Part shown: positions 47,768-58,034 of the stretch, in pieces
Position numbering within the stretch: the first letter of the stretch is position 1
Layout: each line of letters opens with the position of its first letter
DNA from: Planctomycetota bacterium
GTDB lineage: Bacteria; Planctomycetota; JAJSAM01; JAJVHW01
Direction: 5' to 3'
Assembly: GCA_965248445.1 (NCBI GenBank)
Contig: CBDFJG010000004.1
Coordinates: forward strand, 1,152,001 to 1,216,000
Length of the DNA stretch: 64,000 nt
Position numbers and translations under genes: made by a program
Notes under the pieces: generated by a model
Told to the model about the DNA's origin: nothing
The model's input: only the letters and a program-made list of their open reading frames with translations
The model's database searches: none

Positions 47768-49436
47768 CCGCATCTGTTCACGAGACGTCGCGATGACGGT
47801 GCTTTCGGAGTCCACAGGGTCAGATCTTGGCCAGGCGAGGGCGGATGCTGTCGTCGTTGCCACAAGGGCAACGCGAGTGAGCGGCCGAAACGGCGCGGAT
47901 TCTGCGGTGTGGGCAGACCGTAGGCCGGGCGGTGGTGTGGCGGACGGCGCGGCGGGACGTCAGGTCGGCTTCGGGGATGCCAGCAGTCGTTGCGCGCAGC
48001 GCTCGAAGACGTGCTGCCAGGGCCACGACGAGGACATCGAGACCCAGATCCGGCGCGTCGTGATCCGCACGAGCGCGCCGATCTTGAGCAGCCGCAGGCG
48101 GATCGTGCCGGCTTGCGCACGCGCCATCTCGGTGCCGGCGAGACCGATGCGTCGCAGCGCACAGGTCAGGACGTAGGCCATGGCCGACATGGCCATCCGC
48201 ACGGCGTTGCCCTGCATCGTGTGCACCGACAGACGGGTGCCGAAGAGCTCGAGCTGCTGCTCCTTGATGCGATTCTCCGCCTCGCCCCGGGCGCAGTAGA
48301 GCTGCTCGTAGAGACGCTTGCTGCTCCAGCTACGAGGCGGCAGATTGGTCACCACGAAGCGGGGATTGCGCTTGCCGCCCGGCAGGTGCTCGGCCTTGGC
48401 GACCACGCGACGCCTCTGGCTCCAGCTCCCCAGCGTGGTCCAGGCAAAGTCGCGAAAGACCCGGGCTGCTCGGCCGGTCTGCACGGCACGGGCTGCGGCC
48501 TCATCGAGCGCGTCTTCGACGTGTCGCTCAAGGCGCTCATTGCGCGCCATGCCCAGCAGGTAGAAGTGGCCGGCGGCCTCGCACCAGGCCATCAGCTCCT
48601 CGCGGCAAAAGCCCGAGTCTGCGCGCACGAGCACCTTGGCCCGGGGCCAGCGGCGCCGCAGACGTAAGACCAGCGCACGGAGCTCGTCCACGACTCCGCG
48701 CGCGGGATCTCTGTCAGCGGTCTGGAGCCGAGCGAGCAAGAGGTGCTCGCCGCAGAAGACGTACAGCGGCAGGTAGCAGTAGTGCCCGTAGTAGCCGTGG
48801 AAGAAGCGGCCCTCCTGCCGGCCGTGCAGCCGCACGTCGGAGTGGTCCAGGTCCAGCACGAGCAGGCCCGGATCCTCCGGCCCCATGGCCTCGCAGAAGA
48901 CGTCGCTGAGCACGCTGTCCACGCGCTCCTGGTCCATCTCGATCTTGGCGTAGCGCGTCTGTGCCGTGGCGCCGAGCTGCGTGGTCTCGAGCCGCGAGAG
49001 CGTCGGGTGCGTGGCCAGAGCACCCTCGCGCTTGCCGCACGCCGCGGCAAACAGCGGGTCCTTGCCGACATGGTCGTGGTCCACCAGATCCTCGTAGCCC
49101 GCGCACAGCCCGAAGACCCGCTGACGCAGCATCTGGCCGACCGTGTGCTCGACCCGACGCGGGTCCCGGTGGTCCCCGAAGCAGCGCGCAAACCGCGAGA
49201 GCAGATCGATGCGACGATCGGTCCGCTCGAGCAGCAGCACGCCCCCGTCGCTCGTCACGGTACCGGCGTCGAAGCGCGTCACCGCGGTGCGTCCACAGAT
49301 GCCCGCGAAGAGGGTCCCCTGCGGGCTACAGTCTGTCGTCATCGGGCCGGCGCTCCTGTCGGTGCAAGTACTAGCGAGTACGAGCACTTAGACAGACGAC
49401 GGCCCGCTCAGATTCCCGGCTGGTGAACGATTCGGG
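47768..49436 (-). mobile_element. IS1380-family insertion sequence, copy 2
   Basis: Near-identical to copy 1; flanked by CTAG. Confidence 0.92.
47960..49342 (-). CDS. IS1380-family DDE transposase
   Basis: As copy 1, with a V->T change. Confidence 0.95.
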   Translation of the reverse strand: MTTDCSPQGTLFAGICGRTAVTRFDAGTVTSDGGVLLLERTDRRIDLLSRFARCFGDHRDPRRVEHTVGQMLRQRVFGLCAGYEDLVDHDHVGKDPLFAAACGKREGALATHPTLSRLETTQLGATAQTRYAKIEMDQERVDSVLSDVFCEAMGPEDPGLLVLDLDHSDVRLHGRQEGRFFHGYYGHYCYLPLYVFCGEHLLLARLQTADRDPARGVVDELRALVLRLRRRWPRAKVLVRADSGFCREELMAWCEAAGHFYLLGMARNERLERHVEDALDEAAARAVQTGRAARVFRDFAWTTLGSWSQRRRVVAKAEHLPGGKRNPRFVVTNLPPRSWSSKRLYEQLYCARGEAENRIKEQQLELFGTRLSVHTMQGNAVRMAMSAMAYVLTCALRRIGLAGTEMARAQAGTIRLRLLKIGALVRITTRRIWVSMSSSWPWQHVFERCAQRLLASPKPT

Positions 49437-49440
49437 CTAG

Positions 49441-51109
49441 CCGCATCTGTTCACGAGACATCGCGATGACGGTGCTTTCGGAGTCCACAGGGTCAGATCT
49501 TGGCCAGGCGAGGGCGGATGCTGTCGTCGTTGCCACAAGGGCAACGCGAGTGAGCGGCCGAAACGGCGCGGATTCTGCGGTGTGGGCAGACCGTAGGCCG
49601 GGCGGTGGTGTGGCGGACGGCGCGGCGGGACGTCAGGTCGGCTTCGGGGATGCCAGCAGTCGTTGCGCGCAGCGCTCGAAGACGTGCTGCCAGGGCCACG
49701 ACGAGGACATCGAGACCCAGATCCGGCGCGTCGTGATCCGCACGAGCGCGCCGATCTTGAGCAGCCGCAGGCGGATCGTGCCGGCTTGCGCACGCGCCAT
49801 CTCGGTGCCGGCGAGACCGATGCGTCGCAGCGCACAGGTCAGGACGTAGGCCATGGCCGACATGGCCATCCGCACGGCGTTGCCCTGCATCGTGTGCACC
49901 GACAGACGGGTGCCGAAGAGCTCGAGCTGCTGCTCCTTGATGCGATTCTCCGCCTCGCCCCGGGCGCAGTAGAGCTGCTCGTAGAGACGCTTGCTGCTCC
50001 AGCTACGAGGCGGCAGATTGGTCACCACGAAGCGGGGATTGCGCTTGCCGCCCGGCAGGTGCTCGGCCTTGGCGACCACGCGACGCCTCTGGCTCCAGCT
50101 CCCCAGCGTGGTCCAGGCAAAGTCGCGAAAGACCCGGGCTGCTCGGCCGGTCTGCACGGCACGGGCTGCGGCCTCATCGAGCGCGTCTTCGACGTGTCGC
50201 TCAAGGCGCTCATTGCGCGCCATGCCCAGCAGGTAGAAGTGGCCGGCGGCCTCGCACCAGGCCATCAGCTCCTCGCGGCAAAAGCCCGAGTCTGCGCGCA
50301 CGAGCACCTTGGCCCGGGGCCAGCGGCGCCGCAGACGTAAGACCAGCGCACGGAGCTCGTCCACGACTCCGCGCGCGGGATCTCTGTCAGCGGTCTGGAG
50401 CCGAGCGAGCAAGAGGTGCTCGCCGCAGAAGACGTACAGCGGCAGGTAGCAGTAGTGCCCGTAGTAGCCGTGGAAGAAGCGGCCCTCCTGCCGGCCGTGC
50501 AGCCGCACGTCGGAGTGGTCCAGGTCCAGCACGAGCAGGCCCGGATCCTCCGGCCCCATGGCCTCGCAGAAGACGTCGCTGAGCACGCTGTCCACGCGCT
50601 CCTGGTCCATCTCGATCTTGGCGTAGCGCGTCTGTGCCGTGGCGCCGAGCTGCGTGGTCTCGAGCCGCGAGAGCGTCGGGTGCGTGGCCAGAGCACCCTC
50701 GCGCTTGCCGCACGCCGCGGCAAACAGCGGGTCCTTGCCGACATGGTCGTGGTCCACCAGATCCTCGTAGCCCGCGCACAGCCCGAAGACCCGCTGACGC
50801 AGCATCTGGCCGACCGTGTGCTCGACCCGACGCGGGTCGCGGTGATCGCGGAAGCAGCGCGCAAACCGCGAGAGCAGATCGATGCGACGATCGGTCCGCT
50901 CGAGCAGCAGCACGCCCCCGTCGCTCGTCACGGTACCCGCGTCGAAGCGCGTCACCGCGGTGCGTCCACAGATGCCCGCGAAGAGGGTCCCCTGCGGGCT
51001 ACAGTCTGTCGTCATCGGGCCGGCGCTCCTGTCGGTGCAAGTACTGGCGCGTACGAGCACTTAGACAGACGACGGCCCGCTCAGATTCCCGGCTGGTGAA
51101 CGATTCGGG
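49441..51109 (-). mobile_element. IS1380-family insertion sequence, copy 3
   Basis: Near-identical with several private SNPs; flanked by CTAG. Confidence 0.92.
49633..51015 (-). CDS. IS1380-family DDE transposase
   Basis: As copy 2, with a G->R change. Confidence 0.95.
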   Translation of the reverse strand: MTTDCSPQGTLFAGICGRTAVTRFDAGTVTSDGGVLLLERTDRRIDLLSRFARCFRDHRDPRRVEHTVGQMLRQRVFGLCAGYEDLVDHDHVGKDPLFAAACGKREGALATHPTLSRLETTQLGATAQTRYAKIEMDQERVDSVLSDVFCEAMGPEDPGLLVLDLDHSDVRLHGRQEGRFFHGYYGHYCYLPLYVFCGEHLLLARLQTADRDPARGVVDELRALVLRLRRRWPRAKVLVRADSGFCREELMAWCEAAGHFYLLGMARNERLERHVEDALDEAAARAVQTGRAARVFRDFAWTTLGSWSQRRRVVAKAEHLPGGKRNPRFVVTNLPPRSWSSKRLYEQLYCARGEAENRIKEQQLELFGTRLSVHTMQGNAVRMAMSAMAYVLTCALRRIGLAGTEMARAQAGTIRLRLLKIGALVRITTRRIWVSMSSSWPWQHVFERCAQRLLASPKPT

Positions 51110-51113
51110 CTAG

Positions 51114-51444
51114 CGGCGGAGAGGTGGCCGCCCGCGCGTTCTATGCGGGCGTGCTCGGCATGACCGAGGTCCCCAAGCCACCCGTGCTCGCAGCCTCGGG
51201 AGGCCTCTGGTTCGAGTCGGGCGAGCCGGGCTCGGCAGCGCGGCTGCACCTCGGGCTCGAGGCTGACTTCCGCCCAGCGCAGAAGGCACATCCGGCGGTC
51301 GTCGCGCACGACGTCGAGGCATGCCGCGCGGCTCTCGAGGCTGCCGGTCACGCGACCCGCGCCGATGATCGAATTCCTGAACGCGCGAGGTTCTACGTGA
51401 ACGACCCGTTCGGCAATCGCATCGAGGTGATGGCCGCGGAGTGA
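51114..51444 (+). pseudogene. VOC/glyoxalase family gene, 5'-truncated at the IS
   Basis: GGE.AARAFYAGVLGMTEVPKP..LA..GGLWF, LHLG.E.DFRPA.KAHPA, RFYVNDPFGNRIE; the usual N-terminal DHVQ-type strand is missing. Confidence 0.8.
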
Positions 51445-51447
51445 GCC

Positions 51448-54400
51448 TCAGGAGACCAGGACGCCGCGCTCGAGCGCCTCGGTGCGGATCGCGCGATACA
51501 CGGGAACGCGCTCGGCCATAGGTGCTGCACGGCCCTCCGGCGCGTGGCGCAGCAGCTGATCGAGGATCGCCACCGCGCCCTGCAGTCGCTCGATGTCGCG
51601 CGTGGCGCGGTACAGATCGTAGTGCGCGGTGAGCGCGTCCGCGCGGGCCAGGCGAGGCTCCTCGTCGCGGAGCGCGGTCAGCGCCTCCGCGGCGTCCGCG
51701 CCAGGCAGGCGCGCCCGCGAGCACAAGTACTGCGCCAGCGTCGTGCGATCGCCCACCGCACGAATGAGCGCGACCGCCGCGTCGAAGTGCTCGGTCGCAT
51801 CGGCGATCCGGCCCTGGCTGGCCGTCACGCGGCCGAGTTTCCACTCGACCGATGCGGTCAGCGCCGTGTGTCCCCGCTCGCGGAACCAGTCCCTCGACGT
51901 TCCGAGCCGAGCTTCCGCGGCCCCGGCGTCTCCGCCCATGGCCTCCAGGCGAGCCAGATCGACGGCGGCGAGTTCACGGATCGTGGTGCCGGGCTCCATC
52001 GAAGCGAGCACGTGCCGGAGCAGCCGGCCGGCGCGCCGGCCGGCGCCGCAGAGCAACGCGATGTCGGCGCTCAGCAGCGCCGTCGCGCACTCGGCGAAGA
52101 CGACCTTGCGATCGCGTGCGGAACGGCGGGCCCGGTCGGCGTGACGCCAGGCATCGTCCAGCCTCCCCAGCACGAGGAACATCCGGCCCGCGTGATGATG
52201 GGCGCGCTCGGCGAGCGTCGGATCTCCGACCTCGTCGGCGATCGCGCGCATGTTCCGTAGCGCTTGCTCTGCGTCACTCACCCGCCCGGCCGCGAGATCG
52301 AGCTCCGCCAGGGAACCGAGGGCGTACCCCTCGCTGCGCGGGCGCTCGAGCGCACGGGCGATCCCGAGGGCGCGCTCGAGCCATGGCCGCGCGTCGGCAA
52401 GCCGACGGCGTTCCGTGAGCACGGCTCCGACGCTTGCCGCGCATTCCATCTCGCTGCGCCGGTCTCCGATCGTGCGCGACTCCGCTAGCAACTCGCGGTA
52501 GCGCTCCTCGGCGGCGTCCACGCGGCCGCGGAGCCACACCACGGACGCAGCGTCCAGTCGGGTCCTGAGGAGCGCACTCGGCGACGTCTCCGCGGGGGCT
52601 CCCTCGAGCACAGCCGCAAAGTAGTGCTCCGCATCCGCGTACTGGCCGCGCAACACCAGCTGCGTCGCCCTGCACGACTCGATCCTGCTGATCAGAGCAT
52701 CGTCACCGCACCTGCGCACCTGCGCGCCTGCTCGAGCGCACGGGCGAACGCGGCATCGGATGCGTCCAGATCGCCCTGCGCGCGGAGCACCTGACCCAAT
52801 GCGAGCACTGCGCGCGCGCCGGCATCCGCGTCCGCTTCGTCGGCCTGCGCAGCGAAGTGCACGGCGCTCTCGAGATCTATTCGCGCGTCGGAGAGGCGGC
52901 CCGCGACGAAGTGCATGCGGCCCCGCAGGGTGTGCGCCCGCGCGAGCCCGGCCGGATCCTCACGGCACTCAGCGACAGCAACTGCCTCGGATACGGCGTC
53001 GGCCTCGGCGTCCACCCGGCCGAGCTGGCGGTGGCACTCCGCCAGCAGCGTGAGCCATCGCAAGCGGGTCCGTCCGGCTCCCAGACGCGGCACGTCGAGC
53101 GCACGCCAGAGCAGCTTGGCGGCCGCTTCGAACCGGAAGACGTCGCGCAGACAACGCGCCGCCGAGTCGACGTACGGACCGGCTCTGTGAGGCGTCGCGC
53201 TCCGGACGTGGTGGTGTGCGAGGAATGCAGCCGCCTCGCCGGTCGCGCGCACCCGGCGACCGCGCTCCTCCCGGTGCCGCTCGTACGCACCGGCGAGTGC
53301 ACCGTGGATCTCGCGCCGCATGAGCGGGCCGAGTTGCTCGTGCAACGCGCGGCGAATCTGCTCGTGCTCGAACACGAAGTCGACGCCGTCACCTCGAACG
53401 ATCTGGGACGAGCGCTCGATGCGAGCGAGCTGCCGCAGCACCTCGACGCGTCCGAGGCCCACAACAGCTCCGACGAGCAGCGGATCGAAACGAGTAGCGA
53501 GGCACGCCGCGACGTCGAGCAATTCCCGGTCCTCGTCGGCGATGTCGGCCACGCGCGCCGCAATGAGGTCGCGCACTGTCTCGGGGATGCCGATGTCGCG
53601 AATGGTCGCGGTGCGCACCCAGCTTCCATCGGGGTCACGCACGATGGCGCCGCTCTCACGCAGCGACCGAAGGATCTCCAGCACGAACAACGGGTTGCCG
53701 TCGGAACGAACCAGCACGCGGTAGCCGATCTGCTCGGCGAGCGACTGCGAGTGCAATGACTCGACGAGCATGCGGCCGACGTCCTTGGGACCGAGCCGTG
53801 CAAGTTCGATCTGCTCCGCATGAGGATCGCGCTCGAACGACGGGAGCAGTTCCTCCGGCACTACGCGCCGCGACGTGTAGACGATGAGCACCGGCGCGTG
53901 ACGCACGGCTTGCCCGATCGCCTGTGCCACGAAACGGGTGGAGAGCGGAGCATTGTGGACGTCCTCGAGCACGAGGATCAGCGGCGCCTGCGCGGACGCT
54001 GCGGTCAGGACGTCGGCAACGACCGCCGCAACAGCGTCGCTGCTCGGCGTCGAGTCGTCATCGGGGACGGTGTCGCCCCGCAGCAGTGCCGCCACCGCGT
54101 GCAGCACGCGGCCACGTCCCGGCGCAAGACGGACGAGCGTGTCCACGTCGATGTGGGACCCGACGATCGTGGCAAGCGCTGCGCCGAGCGGCGCATACGC
54201 CGACGTCTGCCCGCCGCTCCATGCTCCCATCAGCCGGAGAACGGGGCGCGAATCCGCGCCCACGCCGTCGAGGAACTCGTCGATCACGCGCGTCTTCCCG
54301 ATTCCCGCTTCGCCGTGCAGGTAGATCACCGAGCGCTTGCCGCCGCGCGCCGTCTCGTAGGCATCCCAGAGACTCTGCATCACGACGTCCCGGCCGACCA

Positions 54401-55316
54401 GCGACGTGGATCGCGGGGTCCGCGGGCGGTACGTGGCGGAGCCCGCCGGAGACGCGTCCCGCGCGTTCGCCGCCCACCACGCCGACATCTCGGCCTGCTC
54501 CAGCACGCGGGCGAGCGTCTCCGAGGACTCGAATCGCCCAGACGGCTCCTTGGCGAGGAGCGCGCCCACGAGCCGCTGGAAGAACGGCGTCGACCGCGGC
54601 AGGACATCGGCAAGTTGCGGGGCGGGCTCGCTGAGGACGGCCGCGAGGCGCGTCGGCAGGTCCGGCGCATCGAACGGATGCACGCCGGTTGCGAGTTCGT
54701 AGGACAGCACACCGACGGCGAACAAGTCCGCGCGGCCGTCGATGTCCTCTCCCCGGATGTGCTCCGGCGCGGAGTATGCGAGCGAACCGACAAACTCAGA
54801 TCCGTCGTGGTCCTGGCCGCTGCCGGCCAGTCCAAGGTCCATCAACTTGACCTGGTTGTCCGACGTGACCAGCACGTTCTCCGGCTTGACGTCCCGGTGT
54901 ACGACACCCGCGGCGTGCAACGCAGCCAGGCCGCGCACCACCTCCAGAGCCACGTGGCGGCAGAGGTCCTCGGGCAGCCGCTCCAACTCGGTGAGCATGG
55001 CGCGTAGAGTCTGACCCTCGACGAGTTCCATCGCCAGGTAGCGCACGGGCCGCCCGTCGACATGCGCGACACCACCGCCGTACGTTCGAACGAGGTTGTC
55101 GTGGTGCACCGACGCGCCGAGGCGCACTTCGCGTTCGAAGCGCGCGATCACCGCGGGATCGTCCACGACCTCGTCACGCAGCACCTTGACGGCGATCCGC
55201 TCACCCCTCGGGACCGCGGCGCCGTCTCCCACGACGGTCGCGGCGTGGACGCGCGCCATCCCTCCCTCGCCGAGGAGTTCGTCCAGCCGGTACGGTCCGA
55301 GTCGTGAGCCTTGCAT
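51448..55316 (-). pseudogene. Ser/Thr kinase-STAND ATPase-TPR gene split by an 8-bp duplication (ORFs 52692..55316 and 51448..52719)
   Basis: HRDVKPEN, GEAGIGKT, LEDVH, GNPLF; GCACCTGC is duplicated at 52708-52723, and removing one copy gives a single 1286-aa ORF. Confidence 0.85.
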
Positions 55317-55412
55317 CAGGGCGCCTCGAGGTGGACCGCGGGCGCGGTCCTCCCCAATTCGGCATCGGCTTCCTGCAGGCTCGCGGCTGAGCCTGCAGGA
55401 CCGTTCGCCCGC

Positions 55413-57161
55413 TCAGACCGGGATCCGGAGGCGGAATCGGGCTCCGGGTCCGCCCTGCAGCAGCACGAGATCGCCGCCCAGTCGCCGGGCGAGTGCCCGG
55501 GAGAGTGGCAGTCCGAGCCCCACGCCCGGGGTGGCGCCGTCTGCCGTGTGCGCACCGCGATCGAACGGCTCGAAGACGGCATCGACCAATCGAGCGGGCA
55601 CTCCGCCCCCACCGTCGGAGACCTCGACCTCGAGCGCGCCGGTTGCGAGGCGCAGCACAACGGCCACGCGATTGGCTGCGGCCGGGCCGCCGTACTTGCA
55701 CGCGTTGTCGACGAGATTGCCGGCGATCCGCTGGAGGACATCCGGGTCCGTCGTGACCGGCGCGCCGCCGTCGCCCTGCACGTCGAACGCGAACGCTACC
55801 GCGTCCCGCTCCGAGCGGCGGCGGAGCACGGGCTCGATGCGTGCGGCCAGCGCGCCGAGCGTGCTGGCCTCGGCGCGAACGGGCGCCCCTCCTCGTTCCA
55901 CGCGCGCGTAGCCGAGCACGTTCTCCACGATGTTGGACAGGCGCTCCGCCTCGCCTCGCAGCGACTCGAGGTGTTCCTGACGGCGTGCCGGGTCCGGGAT
56001 CATGTCGTCGGCAAGGAGATCTGCGACCATGCGGAACGACGTCAGTGGCGTGCGCAACTCGTGCGTGACCGCCGACGCGAACCGGTCCCGGCGCTCGGCG
56101 TGCAAGAGGCTTGCGCGCACGCTGAACATGGATGCACCCAGTGCACTCAGCATGGCGAGCCACGCCAGCAGCACCGCCGCGCGGGACCAACTCATCGCCG
56201 GCGCAGACGGGATCGCGACCGGCGGAACAACCAGCTCGACCGGCACGGAGGCGAGCACCCGCCCGGTCGTGTCCGCCGCCACGCGGCTCTCCTCGACGGC
56301 TCGCAGCGAGACCCCGGGTAGCTCATCCCCGACCGTCTTGAGAAGCGCGCGCTGCAGTTCGTTCCAGTCGACGAGGAAGCCCTGCACCGCGGCGCGGCCA
56401 CCACGCCTGGCGCGGCGCACGATGGCGAGGCGCTCGCCGGGATCGCCGCCCAGCCAAACCGCGACGAACGGGCCGACCTCTGAGGCTGCGCTCGCGCTCT
56501 CGAGGTCCGGCCCGGCGTTCGCCACCTGGTACCGCATCCCCACGAGCTGCTGCCCGCGTTGCTGTTGCAGGTTGCGGTTCAGCGCGGATTGCCCATCCGC
56601 CACCAGCTGCGCGGGCTCCACGGAGATCGCATCTTCAAGCTCACCGAGCCGCGCGCAGAGATCCTCGTATCTCAGATGCTCGGCAAGTCCGCTCATGACG
56701 CGCGTGTTCTCGTCGATGAATTCCGGCGGCACCCTCTGCGACTCCGCCAAGTGGCGGAAGACGCCGACCTCCGGGGCCTGCGGCGACGTAGTCGTGTCGT
56801 CCGCGAAGACCTGGAAGTGCAGCCGCACGAGTGGCGATCGGAAGTTGGCCAGCGGCGAACGCTGCGTGACGCTCTGTGGGGTGTTCGGTCCCTCGTCCGC
56901 GGCGGACTCCACGAGATCTTCGAAAAACGTGGAGTAGTGCCGTGCCGGGCGAGCGGCCTCCGCCGCGATCCGCGCGGCGACCCAAGCGTCCATTCGCCAG
57001 AGCGCCAGGTGCACGTCGTCACTGCGCTGCTTCTCGACCTGTGCACGGATCGCCTCGCCCTCGAGGCGTGTGACCGCGTACGTGATCCAAGCGAGTGCGG
57101 CGACAACGCACAGCGCAGCCGTGGCGAAAACGACCCAGACCCGCCGGTGCGAGCGCATCAC
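55413..57161 (-). CDS. Sensor histidine kinase (two TM helices, large periplasmic domain)
   Basis: VTHELRTPLT, NLVDNACKY, VSDGGGG, FEPF, GVGLGL. Confidence 0.93.
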   Translation of the reverse strand: MMRSHRRVWVVFATAALCVVAALAWITYAVTRLEGEAIRAQVEKQRSDDVHLALWRMDAWVAARIAAEAARPARHYSTFFEDLVESAADEGPNTPQSVTQRSPLANFRSPLVRLHFQVFADDTTTSPQAPEVGVFRHLAESQRVPPEFIDENTRVMSGLAEHLRYEDLCARLGELEDAISVEPAQLVADGQSALNRNLQQQRGQQLVGMRYQVANAGPDLESASAASEVGPFVAVWLGGDPGERLAIVRRARRGGRAAVQGFLVDWNELQRALLKTVGDELPGVSLRAVEESRVAADTTGRVLASVPVELVVPPVAIPSAPAMSWSRAAVLLAWLAMLSALGASMFSVRASLLHAERRDRFASAVTHELRTPLTSFRMVADLLADDMIPDPARRQEHLESLRGEAERLSNIVENVLGYARVERGGAPVRAEASTLGALAARIEPVLRRRSERDAVAFAFDVQGDGGAPVTTDPDVLQRIAGNLVDNACKYGGPAAANRVAVVLRLATGALEVEVSDGGGGVPARLVDAVFEPFDRGAHTADGATPGVGLGLPLSRALARRLGGDLVLLQGGPGARFRLRIPV

Positions 57162-57862
57162 GCGGACTCCGTCGCCAGCATGTAGCCCTTACCACGCACC
57201 GTCACGACGACCTTCGGCTCGGACGGATCGTCGTCGAGCTTCTCACGCAGACGCGCGACGTGCACGTCGACGGTGCGTGTGCGGACCCCGCGGGGATCGA
57301 TGCCCCACACGGAGCGCAGGAGTTCGTCGCGAGACACGATGCGCCCCGGCGACGTCGCCAGGTAGCGCAGCAGCGATGCCTCGCGGTCCGACAGAGCGCG
57401 CCGCTCCCCGCCGGCGAGCGTCACCTCACGGCGCTCGAGATCGATCTCGCGGCCCGACACGCTCAAGCTGGAGACGTCCGTCGGCCGCGCGGGCGATCGG
57501 CGCATCACCGCCTCGACCCGCGCGAGCAACTCGCGGGCGCCAAAGGGCTTCACGACGTAGTCGTCCGCGCCGCCCTTCAATCCGGAGATGCAGTCTTCCT
57601 CGGCGCCCCGCGCGGTCACCATGATCACGGGCAGCGTCGGCTGCGACTTGCGCAGTTCGGCGAGTACCGCGAATCCGTCCATGCCGGGGAGCATGACGTC
57701 GAGCAGGACCAGATCGATTCCGCCGGAACGCGCGGCGGTCAGTCCCGCCGGGCCGTCCTCGCACTCCACGACGTCGTAGCCGGCGAACGACAGGGCATCC
57801 GCCGTCGCGCGACGGATCGCGCGATCGTCCTCGACCAACAGCACTCTCTGTTTCGCCATCAC
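57158..57862 (-). CDS. OmpR/PhoB-family response regulator
   Basis: LLVEDD, LLDVMLPGMDG, GADDYVVKPF, TRTVDVHVARLREKL, TVRGKGY. Confidence 0.95.
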   Translation of the reverse strand: MMAKQRVLLVEDDRAIRRATADALSFAGYDVVECEDGPAGLTAARSGGIDLVLLDVMLPGMDGFAVLAELRKSQPTLPVIMVTARGAEEDCISGLKGGADDYVVKPFGARELLARVEAVMRRSPARPTDVSSLSVSGREIDLERREVTLAGGERRALSDREASLLRYLATSPGRIVSRDELLRSVWGIDPRGVRTRTVDVHVARLREKLDDDPSEPKVVVTVRGKGYMLATESA

Positions 57863-57906
57863 GTAGGAGTGTACGAGCGGTATCGGCCACCCGCTGCGTT
57901 CCGGCG

Positions 57907-57971
57907 GTAACGCTCACGTAACGGACCCGCGCGCTGTGAGCCTGCGAGGCACGCCGTTACGTCGGCGTTAC
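57907..57971. promoter_or_regulatory. Two inverted GTAACG-N5-GTAACG direct-repeat boxes (putative response-regulator operators)
   Basis: GTAACG at 57907 and 57918; CGTTAC at 57955 and 57966; 11-bp period typical of OmpR-family sites. Confidence 0.7.
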
Positions 57972-58034
57972 CCCGCGACGGCGGCACCAGACGTAGTTTT
58001 CAGTGGTCGGACAAGCACACGAAGGAGATGCACG

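Noticed and set aside
46091..51113. Pure assembly artefact for the IS triplication
   Set aside because: Copy-specific SNPs and exact CTAG junctions argue against it, although reads are needed to exclude it.
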